Below are positions 45,914 to 56,724 of a stretch of 64,000 nt of DNA, piece after piece. A program made the translations under genes and the position numbers. The notes beneath the pieces are model-generated. The model did no database searches. It was not told the DNA's origin and worked only from the letters and a program-made list of their open reading frames with translations. Source of the DNA: an uncultured Actinomycetota bacterium (lineage in GTDB: Bacteria > Actinomycetota > Acidimicrobiia > Acidimicrobiales > RAAP-2). How positions within the stretch are numbered: the stretch's first letter is position 1; each line of letters opens with the position of its first letter. The stretch spans positions 322,225 through 386,224 of the forward strand of contig CAWIFO010000001.1 in NCBI GenBank assembly GCA_963835445.1, in the 5' to 3' direction.

Positions 45914-46468
45914 ATGGAGCAGGAAGCCGACGTCCGCCACCTCTGGATCCTCCGCCATGCCAAGGCGGCGCCCGAGCCGACCTGGGGCGGTCTCGACCGC
46001 GACCGGCCGCTGACTGGGCGGGGCCGCCGGGACGCCGCCGCCCTCGGGAACTCGCTGGCCGACGGGGACCCGCCACTCGGCCTCGTCGGACTGACCGCCC
46101 CGGAGCTGGCGCTGTGCTCGAGCGCCAGCCGAACCCGTGAGACGGCCGAGCTGGTGCTGGGCACACGCGACGAACGGATCCCGCTCGACAGCTACACGTC
46201 CCTCTACCAGGCGACGCCCGACACCGTCCTGACCTATCTGCGCGAGGTCGACGACCTCGTCCGCTCGGCGTTGGTGGTCGGGCACAACCCGACCATGTAC
46301 CTGCTGGCCTGGGACCTGCTGGAGGACGGGTCGGACGACCGCGACACGCTTGAGGCCGGCGGCTTCCCGACGTGCGGGCTGGCTGTGCTGGAGCTACGGG
46401 TGGGCGCGTGGGAAGACGTCGCCCCCGGGTGCGGCACGCTGCTGGGCCTGTTCGCCCCGCCGTACTGA
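45914..46468 (+). CDS. histidine phosphatase superfamily protein (SixA-like)
   Basis: LWILRHAKA catalytic RH motif and VVGHNPTM. Confidence 0.7.
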   Translation: MEQEADVRHLWILRHAKAAPEPTWGGLDRDRPLTGRGRRDAAALGNSLADGDPPLGLVGLTAPELALCSSASRTRETAELVLGTRDERIPLDSYTSLYQATPDTVLTYLREVDDLVRSALVVGHNPTMYLLAWDLLEDGSDDRDTLEAGGFPTCGLAVLELRVGAWEDVAPGCGTLLGLFAPPY

Positions 46469-46500
46469 GCGCACACGGGTGCTGTCCGTCGACGGCTTCC

Positions 46501-46524
46501 GGGCGGTCCCGTGCGGGACCGCCC
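46501..46524. terminator. GC-rich hairpin between convergent genes (candidate bidirectional terminator)
   Basis: GGGCGGTCCC-GTGC-GGGACCGCCC, a perfect 10-bp stem. No clear U tract. Confidence 0.5.
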
Positions 46525-46532
46525 GGGACCGG

Positions 46533-47714
46533 TCAGAGCGTACGGAGGATGGCGGCGTCGCCCTGGCCGCCGCCGCCGCACAGGCTGATCGCGGCAGTGC
46601 CGCCGCCGCGGCGCCTCAGCTCGAGCAGCGATGTGAGGGCCAGGCGGGTGCCCGACATGCCCACCGGGTGCCCGAGGGCGATGGCGCCGCCGTTGACGTT
46701 GACGACGTCGGCGCTGATACCGAGGTCGTCGGCCGAGGTGAGCCCGACGGCGGCGAAGGCCTCGTTGATCTCGAACAGGTCGATGTCCCCCACGCTGAGC
46801 CCGGCCTTCTTGAGCGCCACCTGGGTGGCGTGGCTCGGCTGGCTGAGTAGCGACGGGCTGGGCCCGGCCACCTGGCCGTAGCCGACCAGCTCGCCGAGCG
46901 GTGTCACCCCGAGCTGCTCGGCCCTGGCCTTTGACATCACAATGACGGCAGCGCCGCCGTCGGAGATCTGACTGGCGTTGCCGGCCGTGATGGTGCCCGT
47001 CTTGTCGAAGGCGGGGCGCAGCTTGGCCAGCGACTCGGCAGTGGTGTCGCCCCGCACGCCCTCGTCGGTGTCGACGATGGTCGGGTCACCTTTGCGCTGG
47101 GGAACCTCGACCGGGACGATCTCCTCGGCGAACTTGCCCGCGGCGATGGCCGCTGCCGCCCGCAGGTGCGACTGGGCACTGAACTCGTCCTGACGCTCCC
47201 GGGACACGCCGTCGGCGCCGTTGTAGCGCTCGGTGCCGAGGCCCATGGCGCACTGGTCGAAGGCGCAGAACAGACCGTCGTACATCATCGAGTCGACCAG
47301 CGTGCCGTCGCCGATGCGGTAGCCGCCGCGGGCGCCGGGCAGCAGGTAGGGGGCCTGGGTCATCGACTCCATGCCGCCCGCCACCACGATGTCGGCCTCG
47401 CCTGCGTTGATCATGAGATCGGCCAGGTAGATCGCGTTGAGGCCGGACAGGCAGACCTTGTTGACGGTCGTCGAGGCGACGTCCATCGGGATACCGCCCT
47501 TGGTCGCTGCCTGGCGGGCGGTGATCTGTCCGGCGCCGGCCTGGATGACCTGGCCCATGAAGACGTAGTCGACCTGGTCGGGGGCGACACCGGCCCGCTC
47601 GAGGGCGGCGGCGATGGCGAAGCCGCCGAGGTCGGTGGCCGAGAAGCTGCCGAGGGCGCCCGACAGCTTGCCGATCGGGGTGCGTGCTCCAGCGACGATG
47701 ACGGATCCGGACAT
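46533..47714 (-). CDS. acetyl-CoA C-acetyltransferase (thiolase II)
   Basis: [11 protein letters not shown] (active Cys), [17 protein letters not shown] and C-terminal LCGGGGQG. Confidence 0.9.
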   Translation of the reverse strand: MSGSVIVAGARTPIGKLSGALGSFSATDLGGFAIAAALERAGVAPDQVDYVFMGQVIQAGAGQITARQAATKGGIPMDVASTTVNKVCLSGLNAIYLADLMINAGEADIVVAGGMESMTQAPYLLPGARGGYRIGDGTLVDSMMYDGLFCAFDQCAMGLGTERYNGADGVSRERQDEFSAQSHLRAAAAIAAGKFAEEIVPVEVPQRKGDPTIVDTDEGVRGDTTAESLAKLRPAFDKTGTITAGNASQISDGGAAVIVMSKARAEQLGVTPLGELVGYGQVAGPSPSLLSQPSHATQVALKKAGLSVGDIDLFEINEAFAAVGLTSADDLGISADVVNVNGGAIALGHPVGMSGTRLALTSLLELRRRGGGTAAISLCGGGGQGDAAILRTL

Positions 47715-47870
47715 GGGAACCTCCGCGGCCTGGTGGCCGATTCAGGTGGTGGTCCCCCCATGGGCCCACCACGACAACAGGACATGATACGGCTTGTCCG
47801 CACGTGCGCCATCCGGGGCGGTCCGGCCGCCTTGGGAGCCCACGGGGCGACCGGGCTATCCTCCACCCCC

Positions 47871-49211
47871 ATGCAGGAAATCCTCTCCGCCATCCTGGCC
47901 GGCGCGTCCGGCGAGGAACTCGCCGCACTGGCCATCCCCGAGACCTACCGAGCCGCCTACGTCCGTCGGGACGAGATGGGCATGTTCGAAGGCATGGACT
48001 CCGACGACAAGGACCCCCGCACCTCGCTGCACGTCGGTGAGGTGGCTACCCCCGAGCTCGCCCCTGACGAGGCGTACATCGCCGTCATGGCCAGCGCCAT
48101 CAACTTCAACACGGTGTGGACCTCGATCTTCGAGCCGCTACCGACCTTCGGCTTCCTCGACCGGCTCGGCCGGGAGGGCGTCTGGGGAGCGCGGCATGCG
48201 CTCGACGAGCACGTGGTCGGCTCGGACGCCTCGGCCGTGGTGCTCCGGGTCGGCTCCGCCGTCCGCAACTGGAAGCCCGGCGACAAGGTCACCGTCCACT
48301 GCAACTACGTAGACGACCAGAGCCCGACCGCCCACGACGACTCGATGCTGGCCGACAACCAACGGATCTGGGGCTTCGAGACGAACTTCGGTGGCCTGGC
48401 CGACCTGTCGGTCGTCAAGGCGAACCAGCTCATGCCGAAGCCGACCCACCTCTCCTGGGAGGAGGCGGCGGTCAACGCCCTGTGCAACTCCACCTCCTAC
48501 CGGATGCTGGTGTCGAAGAACGGGGCCCCGATCACCCAGGGCGACCGGGTCCTGGTGTGGGGCGCCTCGGGCGGCCTCGGCGCGTTCGCCGTGCAGTACT
48601 GCCTGAACGGCGGGGCCACCCCGGTGGGCGTGGTCTCCTCGCAGTCCAAGGTGGACCTGCTCCACGAGCTCGGCGTCGAGGCGGTCATCGACCGCAAGGT
48701 GGCGGGCTACAAGTTCTGGAAGGACGAATTCCACCAGGACGAGTCGGAGTGGCGCCGGCTGGGCAAGGACATCCGTGCGCTCGTGGGCGACGACGTGGAC
48801 ATCGTCTTCGAGCATCCCGGCCGCCAGACCATGGGGGCCTCGGTGTTCGCGGCCAAGCGGGGCGGCACCATCGTGACCTGCGCAGCGACCTCGGGCTACA
48901 TGATCGAGTACGACAACCGGCACCTGTGGATGAAGCTCAAGACCATCAAGGGCTCGCACTTCGCCAACTACCGCGAGGCATGGGACGCCAACCAGCTGGT
49001 GTGCGAGGGCAAGATCATCCCGCCGCTGTCGGCCGTTCACACGCTCGACAACGTGGGCGAGGCCGCATACCAGGTGCACAAGAACCTCCACGAGGGCAAG
49101 ATCGGGGTGTTGTGCCTGGCGCCGGAGGAGGGTCTCGGCGTCGACGACCACGAGCTGCGGGCGCGGGTGGGCGAGGACCGCATCACCCTGTTCAGGAGGC
49201 ACGGGGCATGA
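47871..49211 (+). CDS. ccr: crotonyl-CoA carboxylase/reductase
   Basis: 447-aa MDR protein with IPETYRAAYVRRDEMGMFEG, NFNTVWTSIFEP, WGFETNFGGLADLSVVKANQLMPKP, VWGASGGLGAFAVQ and HEGKIGVLCLAP. The ORF part upstream of 47871 is antisense to the thiolase gene. Confidence 0.85.
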   Translation: MQEILSAILAGASGEELAALAIPETYRAAYVRRDEMGMFEGMDSDDKDPRTSLHVGEVATPELAPDEAYIAVMASAINFNTVWTSIFEPLPTFGFLDRLGREGVWGARHALDEHVVGSDASAVVLRVGSAVRNWKPGDKVTVHCNYVDDQSPTAHDDSMLADNQRIWGFETNFGGLADLSVVKANQLMPKPTHLSWEEAAVNALCNSTSYRMLVSKNGAPITQGDRVLVWGASGGLGAFAVQYCLNGGATPVGVVSSQSKVDLLHELGVEAVIDRKVAGYKFWKDEFHQDESEWRRLGKDIRALVGDDVDIVFEHPGRQTMGASVFAAKRGGTIVTCAATSGYMIEYDNRHLWMKLKTIKGSHFANYREAWDANQLVCEGKIIPPLSAVHTLDNVGEAAYQVHKNLHEGKIGVLCLAPEEGLGVDDHELRARVGEDRITLFRRHGA

Positions 49212-49618
49212 CCGAGATGCTGCTGACCGAGATCGACCACGTGGCCATCGCCGTTCCCGACCTGGACGCCGCCATCGCGTACTACGCCGACACGTTCGGG
49301 GCCACGGTGGCCCACCGCGAGCGCATCGACTCCGACGGAGTCGAAGAGGCACTGCTCAAGGTGGCCGACAGCTACGTGCAGCTGCTCACGCCGATCAGCG
49401 ACGAATCGCCGGTGGCCAAGTACCTGGAGAAGAAGGGGCCCGGCATCCACCACGTGGGCTACCGGGTGGCGGACTGCGCCGCCGCCCTCCAGTCGGTCAA
49501 GGACCATGGCGGTCAGGTCATCGACCAGGCCCCCCGTCCCGGTTCGCGAGGAACCACCGTCGCCTTCGTCCACCCGAGAGGTGCCTTCGGCACCCTGATC
49601 GAACTCGTCCAGGAGTAG
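49208..49618 (+). CDS. methylmalonyl/ethylmalonyl-CoA epimerase (VOC family)
   Basis: IDHVAIAVPDLDAAIAYY and PGIHHVGYRV. ATGA overlap with ccr. Confidence 0.85.
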   Translation: MTEMLLTEIDHVAIAVPDLDAAIAYYADTFGATVAHRERIDSDGVEEALLKVADSYVQLLTPISDESPVAKYLEKKGPGIHHVGYRVADCAAALQSVKDHGGQVIDQAPRPGSRGTTVAFVHPRGAFGTLIELVQE

Positions 49619-49630
49619 GCGACCGGGCGC

Positions 49631-50704
49631 ATGGAGTCCTCCACCCGGGTCACGGCCGCAACCGTCGTCCCCGGCGACGACCCCTGGGCCGGACTGGCGG
49701 CCCCCGAGGCGCCGCCGGCTCCGGCACCGGGCGACGTGGTGAAGCCGGTCATGCCCTGGGATCCGCCCGGACCGCCGGTGGAGACGGTCGCCCCGGAACC
49801 AGCCTCCGATCCGGGCACCACCGCTGCGCCTGATCCGCCCGAACCCGCCGGACCCGCCGCCGTCCCGTCGTTCGGCACTGCCGTCCCGGAGTCGGTGGGA
49901 CGAGCGCCCGAGCCCGTCCCGACGGCGGTCGCCGCGTCGTCGCCGCAGGTCTCGTTCCCGCCCGGCGTGGCCGCCAAGTTGGACGTCTACGTCTACCTCC
50001 TGGTCGATGCCCGCACCGGCCGTCCGTTCCACGTAGGTCGGGGGCGCGGTGACCGCTGCTTCCGGCACGTCGAAGCCGCCCGTCCGCCGACCACCGCCGG
50101 GTCGGACGGCTCGCCCCCGACCGGGTTCCCTGCGCTGGACCGCATCCGCGAGGCCGAGTCCGACGGGCGTCCCGTCCGCATCGAAGTCCTCCGACACGGA
50201 CTCACCTCCCCCGAGGCCGACCTCGTGGTCGCCGCCGTCGACGACGTACTGGCCCTGGGTCTGGACACCCGACTCGGCAGTCAGCGCACGGCTGCGGTCG
50301 AGCTGGGCGCGTCCCTGGCCAAGCGGGCCAAGATCAAGCGCGGCCACCAGGCGGTCCTGCTGCGGGTGGGTGCGCACGGGACGGACACGGCCTACGCCGG
50401 CGCCCGCCACGGCTGGCGGATCGGGCGGCGCTGGGTGGACACCACCTCGGTGCGCTCGCCCAAGTGGGCCCTGGTCGTCGCCGGCGACCTGGTCGACTCG
50501 GTCTACCGGATCGACGGCTGGGAGCCCACGCCCGCGGCCGGAGCCCCGGGCGGAGTCGAGCGCTGGTCGTTCGCGGGCGAGCGGGACGCCGACCTCGAGG
50601 CCCGTTACGCTGGACGCAGCGTGGCCGCCTACCTGGGGGCCGGCACCCCCAGCCAGGTGACCTACGTCTGGTGCGGCCCCCACTGGGTCAACACCGCCCA
50701 GTAG
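49631..50704 (+). CDS. hypothetical protein: Pro/Ala-rich N-terminal third, GIY-YIG-like module, uncharacterised C-terminal domain
   Basis: KLDVYVYLLVDARTGRPFHVGRGRGDRCFRH resembles the GIY-(10)-YIG-R layout, with the acidic SPEADLVVAAVD further on. C-terminal HGWRIGRRW ... KWALVVAGDLVDSVYRIDGWEP ... VTYVWCG. Third codon positions are G/C-rich throughout. Confidence 0.5.
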   Translation: MESSTRVTAATVVPGDDPWAGLAAPEAPPAPAPGDVVKPVMPWDPPGPPVETVAPEPASDPGTTAAPDPPEPAGPAAVPSFGTAVPESVGRAPEPVPTAVAASSPQVSFPPGVAAKLDVYVYLLVDARTGRPFHVGRGRGDRCFRHVEAARPPTTAGSDGSPPTGFPALDRIREAESDGRPVRIEVLRHGLTSPEADLVVAAVDDVLALGLDTRLGSQRTAAVELGASLAKRAKIKRGHQAVLLRVGAHGTDTAYAGARHGWRIGRRWVDTTSVRSPKWALVVAGDLVDSVYRIDGWEPTPAAGAPGGVERWSFAGERDADLEARYAGRSVAAYLGAGTPSQVTYVWCGPHWVNTAQ

Positions 50705-50782
50705 CTCCCGGGCCCGACGGGCCCGCCCGGGGCACCGGTGTCGGATCGAACCCCCGTGGCGGTTCCGATAGCCTCACCGTCC

Positions 50783-52335
<1,553 letters not shown>

Positions 52336-52339
<4 letters not shown>

Positions 52340-52524
52340 CGGCGCCGGAACCGATCGATCCCGCGGTGCTGGCCGTCCTGGCCGCCGCCGTCGACCAGGC
52401 CTGGCCCCGCCCGGTGGCCGTGGCCGCCGAACCCTCGGACGGCCCGCCGGCCTGGCGGTTCAGTGGTCGGTGGTGGACCCGCCCGGCGACCATCCGGCGG
52501 GAACGTCCCTGGACGGGCGGCTGA
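52336..52524 (+). CDS. acyl-CoA carboxylase epsilon-subunit-like small protein
   Basis: 62 aa, GTGA overlap with the beta subunit. [22 protein letters not shown] is typical of actinobacterial epsilon peptides. Confidence 0.6.
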
Positions 52525-52527
52525 TCC

Positions 52528-52854
52528 GTGGTCATCGTCGTCTTCCGGTCCCGGTACAAGGAGGGAGCCGACCTCGAGGGCTACCGGCAACTTTCGCTCG
52601 AGATGCACGAGCTGGTCACCGGGCAGCCCGGCTTCCTCTCCATCGAGAGCTTCGACGCGCCCGACGGGAGCCAGGTGTCCCTCGAGTACTTCGAGACCGA
52701 TGAGTCGGCCACGGCCTGGAGGAGCCACCCGGCCCACCGGGAGGCCCAGCGCCGGGGCCGAGACGAGTTCTACTCCTGGTACTCGGTGCACACCGCCGAG
52801 GTCATCCGATCCCACGAGTTGAACCTGACGGCGACGGCTCCGGCCCCCCGGTAG
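52528..52854 (+). CDS. antibiotic-biosynthesis-monooxygenase (ABM/Dabb) domain protein
   Basis: VVFRSRYKEG ... GFLSIESF ... SLEYFETDESATAWRSHPAHREAQ. GTG 52528. Confidence 0.7.
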   Translation: MVIVVFRSRYKEGADLEGYRQLSLEMHELVTGQPGFLSIESFDAPDGSQVSLEYFETDESATAWRSHPAHREAQRRGRDEFYSWYSVHTAEVIRSHELNLTATAPAPR

Positions 52855-52960
52855 CCACCGGTGGTGCGTCGGAGGGTTCGGTGACGACGCCGAGCAGGCG
52901 CTCGACGTCGTCACCGGTGCCGACTCGAAGCCGGCGATCCCCACCTACCGGTCGGTCGGT

Positions 52961-53539
52961 TCAGATCTCCGCGTCATCCGGCGTGCGCCGCATGTGCACG
53001 AAGCCGAGGACGGTGAAGACCAACATGACCACCGCCAGGGCGAAACAGGCGATCGCGGCGAAGAGGGCGATCTGTCCCATCTGCCAGAACGCGTAGGCCT
53101 CGAGCAGGAGTCCCCGGAGCGTGGTGCCCTGGAACACGGTCTGCACCTTGGCTTCGGCCGCCGTGTACTCCGGCGAGCCCTTCGGCAGGGCCATGGCCTC
53201 GCTCGACAGCTGCGAGTAGGTCTTGCCGCCGCCGATCTGCAGCAGGTGAACGCCGATGAAGTGGTCGGCGTAGACCTCGGCCTGCTGGCCGGTGAGCAGC
53301 TGCTGCCCGGCATACTGCGACACCACCGGGATCATTTCCGGAGTGATCTCGCTTCCGGCCTTGGCGTGGTCGAAGGCGGCCGCCGGCGGGAAGGTGATCT
53401 GCTGCTGGGCGAGCTGGTTGTGGACGTTCGAATTGGCGAAGTTGTACGCCCACAGCCCGAGGCTCCCGGCGACGAGGAAGAAGATCGTCAGTCCGGCCCC
53501 GACGATGGTCAGGATGCCGTCGAATGTCTTGCGCTTCAT
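52961..53539 (-). CDS. two-TM membrane protein of unknown function
   Basis: ATG 53539 sits behind AGGAGG. TM helices ILTIVGAGLTIFFLVAGSLGLWA and IALFAAIACFALAVVMLVFTVLGF. Codon usage is less GC-biased than in the neighbouring genes. Confidence 0.7.
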   Translation of the reverse strand: MKRKTFDGILTIVGAGLTIFFLVAGSLGLWAYNFANSNVHNQLAQQQITFPPAAAFDHAKAGSEITPEMIPVVSQYAGQQLLTGQQAEVYADHFIGVHLLQIGGGKTYSQLSSEAMALPKGSPEYTAAEAKVQTVFQGTTLRGLLLEAYAFWQMGQIALFAAIACFALAVVMLVFTVLGFVHMRRTPDDAEI

Positions 53540-53617
53540 GGATCTCGCCTCCTAAGGGGCGCTTCCCGACGTTCGGGGCCGCTCCTCGGGCCAACCTACG
53601 GATGCCCAGGTCGTCCA

Positions 53618-53680
53618 CCTAGGGCCGAACGTCCCCGGTCCTAGGGCCGAACGTCCCAGGTCCTAGGACCGGAGTTCGGT
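53618..53680. repeat. 22-nt tandem direct repeat CCTAGGGCCGAACGTCCC[CA]GGT x2 plus a degenerate third unit; contains the 12-nt palindrome GGTCCTAGGACC
   Basis: Units 53618-53639 and 53640-53661, partial unit 53662-53680. An inverted copy of the core GACGTTCGG lies at about 53567-53575. Confidence 0.85.
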
Positions 53681-53725
53681 TGTGGTCCGGGCGGCACCTC
53701 CGTGCCCCGGTGGCCCCGGACCCAC

Positions 53726-54451
53726 TCAGGTCGGGTCGGTGACGAAGTCGATCAGGCGCTCCACTGCACCCACCAGGGCCGGCTCGAGGTCGGCGTAGCT
53801 GGTCACCGAGGCCAGGATCCGCCTCCACGCGGCCGGCGGGTCGCCGAATCCGAGGGCGGCGCACACGCCGGCCTTCCACTCCGTTCCCATCGGGATCTCC
53901 GGCCACGCCGCGATGCCGAGGACCGGAGGGCGCACGGCTTGCCAGACGTCGACGAACGGGGTGCCCGCGATCAGCACGTCGGGCCGCCGCAGTCCTTCCG
54001 CGATGCGGGACTCCTTGCTGCCCGGCACCAGGTGGTCGACCAGCACCCCGAGCCGGCGGGCCGGACCCGGCCGGAACGCCGCGACGGCCCGGTCCAGGTG
54101 GTCGATCCCGTCGAGGCGCTCCACGACGACGCCCTCCACCCGCAGGTCGTCGCCCCAGACCCGTTCGACCAGTTCGGCGTCGTGGACGCCCTCCACCCAG
54201 ATCCGGCCGGCCTTGGCCACCCGGGCCGACGCGCCGGCGACGGCGACCGAGCCAGAGGCGGTCACGCCGGTCATGGACGATGGCTCGGCCGGCGGCCGGA
54301 CCAGGCTCACGGCCGTGCCGTCGACGGCGAACGCGCCGGCCACCAGGCGGAAGACCCGCTCCTGGCCGGTGTGGCCCCGCAGCTCGACGGCGCCGCCCTC
54401 GATGCGGACGAGCGTGCCGGAGAACCCGCTCGCCCGGTGGACGAGCGCCAT
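53726..54451 (-). CDS. conserved actinobacterial protein (DUF3097-like, assignment from memory); N-terminus uncertain
   Basis: RIWVEGVHDAELVERVWGDDLRVEGVVVERLDGIDHL. The frame stays open upstream of ATG 54451 without a start codon. See the finding at 54452-54573. Confidence 0.6.
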   Translation of the reverse strand: MALVHRASGFSGTLVRIEGGAVELRGHTGQERVFRLVAGAFAVDGTAVSLVRPPAEPSSMTGVTASGSVAVAGASARVAKAGRIWVEGVHDAELVERVWGDDLRVEGVVVERLDGIDHLDRAVAAFRPGPARRLGVLVDHLVPGSKESRIAEGLRRPDVLIAGTPFVDVWQAVRPPVLGIAAWPEIPMGTEWKAGVCAALGFGDPPAAWRRILASVTSYADLEPALVGAVERLIDFVTDPT

Positions 54452-54632
54452 GCCGGGCAGGGCCGTGACCCGCGGATGGACCGTCGCCGACCTGGCCTGG
54501 GGCGGAGCGTCGATCGGGCCGGACAGGATGCCCGACGAGCGGCGGGTCGGTCGGCCGGGTCTCGGGTGGGCACGCCGGGAACCTACCCGGTGGCTGCGCC
54601 GACCGGGTGGAGGGCCGGGTCGGCGGCGTTGC

Positions 54633-56657
54633 TCAGCCGACGGCTGCGGCCCGGTGGTGCTCCACCAGGTCGATCAGGTCCTCCATCATCTGGCCGATCT
54701 CGAAGTCCTTCGGCGTGTACACCCGGGCGACGCCCTTGCCCAGCAGGACGGTCGCGTCCTCCGGCGGGATGATCCCGCCCACCACCACCGGGGCCTCGAC
54801 GCCGGCGGCCCGCAGGCGGTCCACCACGTCGGGGACCAGCTCGAGGTGGCTGCCGGACAGGATCGAGATGCCGACGATGTCGACGTCCTCGTCCCGGGCT
54901 GCCGCGGCGATCTCGGCGGGGGAGAGGCGGATGCCCTGGTAGACGACCTCGAACCCGGCGTCGCGGGCGGCCACGGCGATCTGCTCCGCCCCGTTGGAGT
55001 GCCCGTCGAGCCCGGGCTTGGCCACCAGCAGCCGGGGTGGGCCGCCGGCCCGGTCGGCCAGCGCCTTCGAACGGGCCAGCACGGCCTGGAACTCGGCCCC
55101 ACGGTGGCCGACACCGCCACCGACCCCGGTCGGGGCACGGTACTCCCCGAAGACCTCGCGCAGGGCGTTGGCCCACTCGCCGGTGGTGCCGCCGGCGTGG
55201 GCGAGGGCGATGGTGGCCGGCATCACGTTGTCCGTCCCCTCGGCCGACCGTTTCAGGTCGTCGAGGGCACGCCGGACGGCGGCGCCGTCCCGCCGGGCCC
55301 GCCACGCCTCGACGTCGGCCCGCAGCTGGGACTCGACGGCGGGGTCGACCCGCATGATCGAACCCCCCTCGTCGCCGGCCGAGGCGAGCGGGGAATCGGC
55401 CGTCTCGGTGAAGCTGTTGACCCCCACCACCTGGAGCTCGCCCGTCTCGATGCGCCGGACCCGCTCGGCCTGGCTGCCGACCAGTCGGGACTTCAGCTCG
55501 TCGATGGCCTCGAAGGCGCCGCCAAGGGCGAGCACGTCCTCCAGCTCGGCCCACGACGCCTCGGCCACCTCCGCGGTCTTCTTCTCGATGACGACGGAGC
55601 CGTCGAAGATGTCGCCGTATTCGAGCAGGTCGGATTCGAACGCCAGGACCTGCTGGATCCGGAGCGACCACTGCTGGTCCCACGGCCGAGGCAGACCGAG
55701 GGCCTCGTTCCAGGCGGGGAGCTGCAGGGCCCGGGCCCGGGCCTTCTTCGACAGGGTGACACCCAGTGCCTCGAGCACGATCCGCTGGATGTTGTTCTCG
55801 GGTTGGGCCTCGGTCAGGCCGAGCGAGTTGACCTGCACGCCGTAGCGCATACGACGGAGCTTGGGGTCGGTGACCCCGTAGCGCTCCGCGCACACCCGGT
55901 CCCACAGTTCGGTGAAGGCCCGCATCTTGCACGTCTCCTCCACGAATCGGACGCCGGCGTTGACGAAGAACGAGATGCGCCCGACCACGGCCGGGAATTC
56001 GTCCGCCGGGATCTGGCCCGAGTCGCGCACGGCGTCGAGAACGCCGATGGCGGTGGCGAGGGCGTAGGCCACCTCCTGGTGCGGCGTGGCCCCGGCCTCC
56101 TGGAGGTGGTAGCTGCAGACGTTGATCGGATTCCACTTCGGCACGTTGCGCACCGTGTAGGCGATCGTGTCGACGGTCAGGCGCCGGCTCGGGATCGGGG
56201 GGAAGATGAACGTCCCCCTCGACAGGTACTCCTTGACGATGTCGTTCTGGGTGGTTCCGGACAGGACCTGCGGGTCGACCCCCCGGTCCTCGGCGTTGGC
56301 GATGTAGAGCCCGAGCAGCCACGCGGCCGTGGCGTTGATGGTCATCGACGTGTTCATCGACTCGACCGGAATCTGGTCGAGGAGCTCGCGCATGTGGCCC
56401 AGGTGGGCGACGGGCACGCCGACCTTGCCGACCTCGCCGGACGCCGCAGGGTCGTCGGGGTCGTAACCGATCTGGGTGGGCAGGTCGAAGGCGATCGACA
56501 GGCCGGTCTGGCCCTTCGCCAGGTTGGTCCGGTACAGCTCGTTGGACGCTTTCGCGGTGGAGTGGCCCGAGTAGGTGCGCATCACCCACGGCTTGTCGCG
56601 TACCGGGGCTTCCCCTGACGCGCCGTTGCCCCGCACTGTCCTGTCGACGTCGCTCAT
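54633..56657 (-). CDS. meaA: B12-dependent acyl-CoA mutase, single-chain MeaA/ethylmalonyl-CoA mutase-like
   Basis: KPWVMRTYSGHSTAKASNELYRTNLAKGQTGLSIAFDLPTQIGYD. C-terminal B12-binding domain with LVAKPGLDGHSNGAEQIA (DxHxxG). 674 aa. Confidence 0.8.
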   Translation of the reverse strand: MSDVDRTVRGNGASGEAPVRDKPWVMRTYSGHSTAKASNELYRTNLAKGQTGLSIAFDLPTQIGYDPDDPAASGEVGKVGVPVAHLGHMRELLDQIPVESMNTSMTINATAAWLLGLYIANAEDRGVDPQVLSGTTQNDIVKEYLSRGTFIFPPIPSRRLTVDTIAYTVRNVPKWNPINVCSYHLQEAGATPHQEVAYALATAIGVLDAVRDSGQIPADEFPAVVGRISFFVNAGVRFVEETCKMRAFTELWDRVCAERYGVTDPKLRRMRYGVQVNSLGLTEAQPENNIQRIVLEALGVTLSKKARARALQLPAWNEALGLPRPWDQQWSLRIQQVLAFESDLLEYGDIFDGSVVIEKKTAEVAEASWAELEDVLALGGAFEAIDELKSRLVGSQAERVRRIETGELQVVGVNSFTETADSPLASAGDEGGSIMRVDPAVESQLRADVEAWRARRDGAAVRRALDDLKRSAEGTDNVMPATIALAHAGGTTGEWANALREVFGEYRAPTGVGGGVGHRGAEFQAVLARSKALADRAGGPPRLLVAKPGLDGHSNGAEQIAVAARDAGFEVVYQGIRLSPAEIAAAARDEDVDIVGISILSGSHLELVPDVVDRLRAAGVEAPVVVGGIIPPEDATVLLGKGVARVYTPKDFEIGQMMEDLIDLVEHHRAAAVG

Positions 56658-56724
56658 GTCCTCATTGTGGCCCGAACCGGCCCCCGAGCGGTAGGCCGAG
56701 GGGCACGGGGTACGGACGGAGCGA

